Origin: Patescibacteria group bacterium
GTDB taxonomy: Bacteria > Patescibacteriota > Minisyncoccia > Phycocordibacterales > UBA918
Length of the DNA: 64,000 nt
Direction of reading: 5' to 3'
Assembly: GCA_040386275.1 (NCBI GenBank)
Contig: JAZKFU010000003.1
Location: 46,554 to 110,553, forward strand
Shown here: positions 57,940-64,000 of the stretch, in pieces
How the letters are laid out: the number at the start of each line of letters is the position of its first letter
How positions within the stretch are numbered: the stretch's first letter is position 1
The notes under the pieces: generated by a model
Told to the model about the DNA's origin: nothing
Databases searched by the model: none
What the model saw: the letters and a program-made list of their open reading frames with translations, nothing else
Made by a program: the position numbers and the translations under genes

Positions 57940-58128
57940 GCAAAACAAAATACCCAAGCAAAGCTTAGGTATTTTATTTGTGCTGGAGGAGGGACTTGAA
58001 ACTTACAGTTTCAGTACAGGTTGTCGCTATTTTTTCAAAATAGCTGGCAACCTTTTCAAGTCCCTGGGCAAAACAAAATACCCAAGCAAAGCTTAGGTAT
58101 TTTATTTGTGCTGGAGGAGGGACTTGAA
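57940..58128 (-). repeat. tRNA-Leu 3'-associated element (61-bp direct repeat around a structured core)
   Basis: 57940-58000 is identical to 58068-58128 (tRNA 3' end plus trailer hairpin). Core at 58001-58054; inverted TTCAAGTCCCT at ~58055-58065. Confidence 0.85.
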
Positions 58129-58189
58129 CCCTCAAGCCTTGCGGCATGCGATTTTGAGTCGCACGTGTATACCATTCCACCACTCCAGC
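58109..58189 (-). tRNA. tRNA-Leu (CAA)
   Basis: GCTGGAG...CTCCAGC-A acceptor, TGCGA-CTCAAAA-TCGCA anticodon arm, long variable arm, GGTTCAAGTCC. Confidence 0.95.
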
Positions 58190-58329
58190 GGTGTGGAAAG
58201 AGTGTAGCAAACTATTGTCATTTCGACTAGACAGTCAATATAGATTTACAGGGACAGGAGTTCTACCCAAGACTAGTGGTCATTTCTTGTATTTTTTGTA
58301 ATTTTCAGGTACCCTACACCCATCGCCAA

Positions 58330-58989
58330 ATGGCCGAGTTCAAGACTTTGGTCTGGACCGACACCCCCTTTCGTCTCAACAGCGGTGTCTACAGCAACGT
58401 CTATTTCTTCGGACGTGAAGACCTGACTGACAATCCAATGTACTCCAAGTTGTTCGGGAAGTTTCTCGGCCGACAGGTCTGCGAATATTTCAACGGCGTT
58501 AGCGAAACGCGTCGACCAATTGTCATCGGAGTGCCAACAGCTGGTAACGGTTTCGCAGCAAGTGTGACCCACTATGACGCAATGCCTCAGCTAAAGGTGA
58601 CCCCGCCTGGCTTCCGTGTCATGCGCGAGAAGCTCAAGGAAACCCACGGCTCCACCAGCCAAAAGGGCTACTGGGTCAATGGCCGATCGAAACCGGAGAC
58701 TGAATGCTACGCCACCATCGAGAATGTCGTCACAAGTGGCGAATCGCACTTCAAAGCAATAGATCGTCTGAACAGTGATGGCTACCCCACGAAAGAAATG
58801 CCTCATTTTGTCGTTATGGATCGTCAACAGGGTGGCGTCAAAAAGATGCAGGCTGCGGGCTACAACATGATCCCAATCTTCTTGCTTCTCGACACAATTT
58901 GGGCATTTAAAACCCTTGGTGTCGAAGGTTGGACCGATGAACGAGTTGCAACCGTCGAAAACGAAATTCGCACGAAGCAAGTTGCATAA
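58330..58989 (+). CDS. Orotate phosphoribosyltransferase-like type I PRTase (divergent)
   Basis: FRLNSG-x-x-S-x-x-Y, IGVPTAG, R-x-x-x-K-x-x-HG loop, IENVVTSGES PRPP-site-like, MDRQQGG. Confidence 0.7.
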   Translation: MAEFKTLVWTDTPFRLNSGVYSNVYFFGREDLTDNPMYSKLFGKFLGRQVCEYFNGVSETRRPIVIGVPTAGNGFAASVTHYDAMPQLKVTPPGFRVMREKLKETHGSTSQKGYWVNGRSKPETECYATIENVVTSGESHFKAIDRLNSDGYPTKEMPHFVVMDRQQGGVKKMQAAGYNMIPIFLLLDTIWAFKTLGVEGWTDERVATVENEIRTKQVA

Positions 58990-58998
58990 AAAAGTTTT

Positions 58999-59040
58999 AA
59001 CGTCGCGCTTTCCTTACGGATTGCGCGGCGTTTTCTTTTA
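58999..59040 (+). terminator. Intrinsic terminator
   Basis: AACGTCGCGC...GCGCGGCGTT hairpin with a T-rich tail. Confidence 0.5.
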
Positions 59041-59065
59041 CCCATTCATTTGCTACACTCCCCCT

Positions 59066-59977
59066 ATGACTCACTCTCAAAAACCAAAAGCCATAGCCAT
59101 TGTTGGTCCGACGGCATCGGGCAAAACAGCCCTTTCGATTGCCTTAGCTAAAGAATTTAACGGTGAGATTATTTCAGCTGATTCCCGGCAAGTGTACCGC
59201 GGACTTGATATTGGCTCGGCTAAAGTAACTCAAAACGAGATGGACGGAGTGCCCCATCACCTCATCGATATAGTAGCGCCAACTACGGTTTATACTGGTG
59301 CCGATTTTAAAAACGATGGTGAACAGACACTTAATGACATCAAGGAACGTGGCCATCTCCCGATTGTAGCGGGTGGTACATTCTTTTATTTAGAATTACT
59401 TAAAGGCACCATGCAAAGTGCCCCTGTTCCTCCCAACCACACACTTCGAGCAATGCTAGAAGAAAAATCTAACGAAGAATTATTTAGTGAACTACAAACA
59501 AAAGACCCGCGACGGGCTGAAACTATTGACCCTGACAATCCGCGGAGACTTATCCGTGCTCTAGAAGTAATTGATGCAATTGGTGTCGTACCTGAAGTAC
59601 AGACCCTCGAACTTCCCTACAATTGGCTCACAATTGGTATTGATGTTCCAACAGAAATTTTAAACGAACGTATCCATCAGAGAATTATTGACCGGTTGAA
59701 AATAGGTATGATTGAGGAAGTGGAATCGCTCCATAAAAACGGACTATCCTGGGAGCGACTCGAAGCAATTGGTTTAGAGTATCGCTATCTGGCGTACTAT
59801 TTGCAAAACAAACTCTCTAAAGAAGATATGGTCGAACAGCTAACCAATAAATCCCGACAATTCGCCAAACGCCAACGCGTCTGGCTCAAACGCGACCAAA
59901 CCATCCACTGGCTCCCTTTTCCCGCTGATACTAATGATGCAACCGCGCTCGTTAAAGGATTTCTAGCTAAGGATTGA
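59066..59977 (+). CDS. miaA: tRNA dimethylallyltransferase
   Basis: GPTASGKT, ISADSRQVY-x-GLDIGSAK, PHHLID, GGTFFY, FAKRQ-x-x-W. Likely start is 59066. Confidence 0.96.
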   Translation: MTHSQKPKAIAIVGPTASGKTALSIALAKEFNGEIISADSRQVYRGLDIGSAKVTQNEMDGVPHHLIDIVAPTTVYTGADFKNDGEQTLNDIKERGHLPIVAGGTFFYLELLKGTMQSAPVPPNHTLRAMLEEKSNEELFSELQTKDPRRAETIDPDNPRRLIRALEVIDAIGVVPEVQTLELPYNWLTIGIDVPTEILNERIHQRIIDRLKIGMIEEVESLHKNGLSWERLEAIGLEYRYLAYYLQNKLSKEDMVEQLTNKSRQFAKRQRVWLKRDQTIHWLPFPADTNDATALVKGFLAKD

Positions 59978-60050
59978 GTCACATTATTATCATCAAACAT
60001 AGATTGATTTTAAACCAATTTTCCACTACTATAGAGCAACAGCAAAAAAC

Positions 60051-60121
60051 GGGCCTATAGTTCAGTGGTAGAATACCGGTTTCCAAAACCGTTGACCGAG
60101 GTTCAAGTCCTCGTGGGCCCG
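60051..60121 (+). tRNA. tRNA-Trp (CCA)
   Basis: GGGCCTA...TGGGCCC-G acceptor, CGGT-TTCCAAA-ACCG anticodon arm, CGAGG-TTCAAGT-CCTCG T-arm. No CCA end on this copy. Confidence 0.92.
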
Positions 60122-60279
60122 CTGAATAAACGAAGTGAGAGCAGAGGGACCACGATAGCAGCTTTTGAAAAAAGCGTTGCGCGGACTTGAAGAGGTTGCC
60201 AGCTATCTTTTTGACGAAGGAGAAAAGTAGTGACAACCTGTACAGAATTCGTAGAATTCAAGTCCTCGTGGGCCCGCCA
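60122..60279 (+). repeat. tRNA-Trp 3'-associated element
   Basis: TTCAAGTCCTCGTGGGCCCGC occurs at 60102-60122 and 60257-60277 (the second is followed by CA, giving CCA). Split inverted copy at 60146-60155 and 60183-60191; core at 60192-60256. Confidence 0.85.
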
Positions 60280-60283
60280 CCGA

Positions 60284-60327
60284 AAACTAAAATACCACCA
60301 GCAAAAAAGCTGGTGGTATTTTAGTTT
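60284..60327. terminator. Intrinsic terminator after the tRNA-Trp unit
   Basis: 19-bp perfect stem AAACTAAAATACCACCAGC / GCTGGTGGTATTTTAGTTT. Confidence 0.7.
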
Positions 60328-60494
60328 AGCAAGTGCCCAATGGCACTTGCGGCGGTGGCGGGAGACGGAAGCATGTTGCGTTAGCAACAGCTGAGTCGGG
60401 GTCGCGGAAATTTCTGAAAGAAATATATTTATCTGCCTATACCTCAGTATACATACATTAAAAGTAGCTTAGAAGTCAAACTCACCAAATCATT

Positions 60495-61211
60495 TTACGA
60501 TTTAGTATCAAACAATAACTCTTGAGCCTCCAATAAACAGTTTACATCACCACTAAATAAAAGTTCATCTCCAACAAAAATGTAGTGCATAAATCCTTGT
60601 GAACCGTCAGAAAAAAGAACATTTGCTCGACGTACAGTTATATAGTCTATGTCAGTCATTGTCGTAAAATCTGCCTGTTGAATTATCGTTCCTTTACTAC
60701 TTTCCTTAGGAAAAATAATTGGGGCAACATCTGCTACAAGGCTTTTTTCCCATTCTTTTAAATATTTCATTTGATCTGCATACAAATCACCTTGATAGTT
60801 AAATTGCAATTTAAAACGAAGGGACATAACTACATTTGAGTTTTGTGATGCAGTAGCACACTTGTATAACTTCCAATCATTTACATCAATTAGACTACTG
60901 ATGTTGCTATTTATTTTCCCATTTAAAACTGTCGCAAAAGTTTCAATCGATATATTCCCTTCATTACCCGCAAATGCAGACCAAGTATTTTCTGTTTTAG
61001 TTGCACTTAGAAATTCAGTAAAGTTATTTTTCAAGTCCTGGTTAAATTCATTACTATTGTCATCAATGACCGTTTCGAATGCCACATAGTCGTTTTCAGA
61101 ATCAAGTTGAGTTACGGGAGTTGTAGATCTTTTTTGCATAATCGTTACCACTATTAAAATCAGTAGTACGGTTATTGTGAGGAAAAAAAACAATATAATT
61201 TTTTTATTCAT
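60495..61211 (-). CDS. Hypothetical single-TM exported protein (partner of the pilin-NlpC/P60 fusion)
   Basis: MNKKIILFFFL TM anchor, AT-rich, directly downstream of 61223-62215. Confidence 0.7.
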   Translation of the reverse strand: MNKKIILFFFLTITVLLILIVVTIMQKRSTTPVTQLDSENDYVAFETVIDDNSNEFNQDLKNNFTEFLSATKTENTWSAFAGNEGNISIETFATVLNGKINSNISSLIDVNDWKLYKCATASQNSNVVMSLRFKLQFNYQGDLYADQMKYLKEWEKSLVADVAPIIFPKESSKGTIIQQADFTTMTDIDYITVRRANVLFSDGSQGFMHYIFVGDELLFSGDVNCLLEAQELLFDTKS

Positions 61212-61222
61212 AGTGGATATAA

Positions 61223-62215
61223 TTATCTGCAAAAAGTTGATGCTCGCAATACTCTGTATCGGCTATCACTGTAATAACCACTGCCATTACTAATAATAAT
61301 TCCTCTGTTTGTTCCTGCAGCATGGATAACTTGTGAACAACCATTATTCATACAAATTACCACATGACCTGCGCCATTAGTTCTATGAATCAATGCATCG
61401 CCAGTTTGAAGACTGCTAGGGCTACCGATGGGAGCGGAGTAGCGTATCATATCTCCCGTATAAGTACCGATTCGACGACATCCTGCTGCAGCATATGCAT
61501 CGTTAACAAGCTCAGAACAGTCTGTATAGCCCGGACTACCAGTACAAGAATTTCGAAGAGGCTGACTATATTGGCATCGTCGTTGTCGTTGTGCTTCCGC
61601 AAACCGTACAATAGCACTATTGCCTCCAGTACCAATTGGAGCTACATAATCTCCTCCACCGCCGCCCGCACCACCACCACCTAACTCAGACCCAGGTACA
61701 GCTACCGCGGTTGGATCTGGCTCTTCTGCCTCAAGGTATTCTACTTCATCTTGCTCGACCTCATTAAATACAGTTTCAACTTGGTTCTGGCAAGTTACCT
61801 CACTCCAAAACAAATACCCAGAAGCGGTTCCGCCCGCGACAATTTGCCCAGGATTACCATCTGTTCCAACTAACGCCCGCATGATGGTGTCTACAATAAG
61901 CCAGGCAGCTAAAATAATCATAAAGCCAACAATGGCGTTTATAAATGAGGACTTGGCTTCATCGAGCGCATGATGATTCCCCCCTGACGTTACCAACTTC
62001 ACTCCCGCAATAGCGAGCAAAAGTGCGAAGATAACAAATAGTATCCCAATGAGCCAGGTAATTAATCCATTGGCCATCGACACAACATTACAAGCGCTAC
62101 AATCTAAACCAGTACAACCCGACAACTGCGCTAAACCAAGGTCACCTGCAAACGCAGACGGCACAAAAAACCCAAACAGAAAGACTAGTAAGAATATTAT
62201 GGGAACTATTTTCAT
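61223..62215 (-). CDS. TrbC/VirB2-like pilin fused to an NlpC/P60 peptidoglycan peptidase
   Basis: Signal peptide, C-x4-C-x-x-C, two TM helices with G-x-x-LVTSGGN...AKSS-x-x-NAIVG-x-x-I-x-LAAWL-x-VD, Gly-rich linker, DCSELV...GHV...IHA triad. Likely start is 62215. Confidence 0.8.
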   Translation of the reverse strand: MKIVPIIFLLVFLFGFFVPSAFAGDLGLAQLSGCTGLDCSACNVVSMANGLITWLIGILFVIFALLLAIAGVKLVTSGGNHHALDEAKSSFINAIVGFMIILAAWLIVDTIMRALVGTDGNPGQIVAGGTASGYLFWSEVTCQNQVETVFNEVEQDEVEYLEAEEPDPTAVAVPGSELGGGGAGGGGGDYVAPIGTGGNSAIVRFAEAQRQRRCQYSQPLRNSCTGSPGYTDCSELVNDAYAAAGCRRIGTYTGDMIRYSAPIGSPSSLQTGDALIHRTNGAGHVVICMNNGCSQVIHAAGTNRGIIISNGSGYYSDSRYRVLRASTFCR

Positions 62216-62216
62216 A

Positions 62217-62714
62217 TTATAGTTTGGCAGTATCGGGACAGAAACTAAACCGGTAATCAAACCCAGAAGCAACTTCATCAACATATCCCGGAACCGTAAC
62301 TACATATGATAGTTGGCACATTTCCTCTTCATCTATTTTTAATAAATCTTTTAAATAGACTTCGGCTGCTAGCCTACTTTGAGCAAATGGTTTTTGAAGA
62401 AGCGCTATATTAAAGGTGCCAGTATTTTTATCAAACATGACAACGTAGTTAGGTAGTTTGCTCGGAGTTTCTGCAGAAGGGAAAGTATTGCCCAAGGAAT
62501 ACAAACCAGGGTTTTGAACATCCGGCGCTACGGATTCATCTTTCAAAAAATTATTGGTTACTACATTACCTTCGGTAGACGGAAAGGTGACTTGCGAATC
62601 AGTGTATTCAACAGTAGTTACTGGTGTTGAATTATTTTTTGTATATATAATTCCCCCAATCACTATTACAAGCACAATGATTACCGCCAATATGATATAT
62701 ACGTTTTTATTCAT
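62217..62714 (-). CDS. Hypothetical single-TM exported protein (partner of the pilin-lysozyme fusion)
   Basis: MNKNVYIIL TM anchor; C-terminal MCQL...FSFCP Cys pair. Confidence 0.75.
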   Translation of the reverse strand: MNKNVYIILAVIIVLVIVIGGIIYTKNNSTPVTTVEYTDSQVTFPSTEGNVVTNNFLKDESVAPDVQNPGLYSLGNTFPSAETPSKLPNYVVMFDKNTGTFNIALLQKPFAQSRLAAEVYLKDLLKIDEEEMCQLSYVVTVPGYVDEVASGFDYRFSFCPDTAKL

Positions 62715-62725
62715 GTTGTTTTATG

Positions 62726-63799
62726 TTAGCCACCATAACGCGTAATACATTGCATCGCTCGTGAATTGCAATTGGCACATGTCCAATCATTATACCCATT
62801 ACGCCTTACTATATTAACTGCTACCCTGGTATTACAACTGGCATTCTGACAACTTGTAGCATGGTCACTACAGGAACCCCCAACGTTATATAAATTCCAG
62901 GTCGTTCGCACAATTTGAAATAGCCCACAAGCACTAGAATTAGAACCAGGATGAGTAACATTATATGGTGGAGTTGCGGGGTTACCCGAGCTCTCGGTCA
63001 TAGCAATACACGACATTACATTTGCCTGTGTAATAGTCATGCCAGCCGCGCGTAACGCAGGGACGCTACAGTAGGTATTAGTACATTGCGGTAAACTACC
63101 CCCTGTCCCACCACCACTGACTTGTCGCGGAGCACACAGTACAGCACTTCCGGCAGCGTTAAGGGTTGGCGTACCAGGCGCAGCGCGACACTGTGCTTCT
63201 TGAGCCGAACAATCATACTCATTTACTCCCGGCGGTCCTGGCAGAAGTCTACAGGCGGCATTATAAGAACCAGCTGGAGCTGAAGAACCTCCTGCAGTAC
63301 TCCCCGCCGGCACCCAACCCTGCACACCACCCAGCCCTTCCTCAAGCGAAAGGTACTCAATAGCATCTTGTGTAACGGTAATCGAGCGAGCCAGTGGCTG
63401 ATCAACACAGCTTATTTGATTCCAGACACCAAAACTATATGTCCCATCTTGAAGCAACAAAGCGCGCAACCCATAGTCGAGCACCAACCACGCCGCTAAC
63501 ACAATTAAGTATCCAATCAACAAATTAGTCATGGAACTTTTCGCTTCTTCTTTCGCACTAGAATTACCCGCTGACGTTACTAATCGTGCCCCCGCCACAA
63601 CGATCAAAATCGCCGCAATCACCCCGAGTATCATCACGAGCCACCCCACAACATTGTTAACCAATACCACCACATGACATGCCTGACACGGCGGTTCACC
63701 TGCTCCGCCACACGCTGGCACCAAACCAGCCGCCCCGACCGACACCGGAACAATAAATATACAAACCATTACCACAAGGGCTACCAGGAGTTTCTGCAT
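62726..63799 (-). CDS. TrbC/VirB2-like pilin fused to a lysozyme-like/lytic transglycosylase domain
   Basis: Signal peptide, GLVPAC...C-x-x-C, the same pilin TM hairpin, a linker, then IAMTESSG...ACGLFQI...NG-x-x-x-W. Likely start is 63799. Confidence 0.8.
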   Translation of the reverse strand: MQKLLVALVVMVCIFIVPVSVGAAGLVPACGGAGEPPCQACHVVVLVNNVVGWLVMILGVIAAILIVVAGARLVTSAGNSSAKEEAKSSMTNLLIGYLIVLAAWLVLDYGLRALLLQDGTYSFGVWNQISCVDQPLARSITVTQDAIEYLSLEEGLGGVQGWVPAGSTAGGSSAPAGSYNAACRLLPGPPGVNEYDCSAQEAQCRAAPGTPTLNAAGSAVLCAPRQVSGGGTGGSLPQCTNTYCSVPALRAAGMTITQANVMSCIAMTESSGNPATPPYNVTHPGSNSSACGLFQIVRTTWNLYNVGGSCSDHATSCQNASCNTRVAVNIVRRNGYNDWTCANCNSRAMQCITRYGG

Positions 63800-63893
63800 T
63801 ACCAATAAGCTTACCACACAACCCCTTTCTAAATACCCGAAACTGTGATAATTTGTACCCACGCGATTTTGACCAAAATCGCTCTAAATAACC

Positions 63894-63976
63894 GCGTCGG
63901 TACTCAAGCGGTCAACGAGGGGAGACTGTAAATCTCCTGGCATCTGCCTACGAAGGTTCGAATCCCTCCCGGCGCA
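63894..63976 (+). tRNA. tRNA-Tyr (GTA)
   Basis: GCGTCGG...CCGGCGC-A acceptor, GGAGA-CTGTAAA-TCTCC anticodon arm, long variable arm, GGTTCGAATCC. Confidence 0.95.
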
Positions 63977-64000
63977 CGCGTATAAAAAACAGCTCAGGCA

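Noticed and set aside
56134-58000. parS site near parB
   Set aside because: I spotted no TGTTTCACGTGAAACA-like palindrome by eye; degenerate sites could be missed.
58001-58054. Hammerhead or HDV-like ribozyme as the identity of the core module
   Set aside because: I could not find the CUGAnGA/GAAA hammerhead core or a nested double pseudoknot by eye. A covariance search is needed to exclude this properly.
57974-58230. ORFs overlapping tRNA-Leu (likewise 59979-60387 over tRNA-Trp)
   Set aside because: The tRNA genes and their repeats explain these regions.
61223-62284. Longer ORF-track starts (62284, 63862, 46713, 58916, 50650, 48286, 37086 and others)
   Set aside because: Several overlap neighbouring genes and all add atypical N-termini. 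Downstream ATGs give clean signal peptides or family-typical starts, often with an adjacent -10 box.
1-64000. CRISPR array, rRNA, prophage, integrase or transposase genes
   Set aside because: I saw no regularly spaced repeat-spacer series, no rRNA-like stretch, and no ORF with recombinase, transposase or phage structural motifs.
1-64000. Alternative genetic code (TGA=Gly/Trp, as in Gracilibacteria/SR1)
   Set aside because: Conserved genes are full length under the standard code, and TGA acts as the natural stop (e.g. miaA at 59975-59977).

Overview
This 64 kb window is chromosomal DNA from a small-genome bacterium that looks like Patescibacteria/CPR, most like Parcubacteria. That is my inference from the gene content (VirB2/TrbC-like pilins, many small single-TM exported proteins, compact housekeeping genes). 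It uses the standard genetic code. Housekeeping genes include xseAB, dnaX, dus, an ftsQ-like gene, serS, dprA, topA, rel, parB and miaA. There are four tRNAs (Gln-CTG, Leu-CAA, Trp-CCA, Tyr-GTA), sugar- and lipid-scavenging enzymes, and many orphans. I saw no CRISPR array, rRNA, integrase or transposase. The most interesting signals are: (1) a tRNA-flanked array of pilin-like N-termini fused to swappable peptidoglycan hydrolases (lysozyme/SLT-like and NlpC/P60), each followed by a small exported partner gene; (2) a conserved, covarying 55-70 bp structured module behind three different tRNAs in an A / inverted-A / core / A layout (A = the tRNA 3' end), which also sits between two copies of the GH1 gene start and inside MITE-like repeats; (3) an ATP-grasp + two Fem/GNAT-like paralogs + MATCAP/DUF1704-type peptidase cluster; (4) a promoter- and terminator-bounded structured RNA candidate upstream of serS; (5) pervasive leaderless-type gene starts, contrasted with Shine-Dalgarno-led orphan cassettes, one encoding an outer-membrane-type beta-barrel. 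All calls come from reading motifs by eye; no searches were run.
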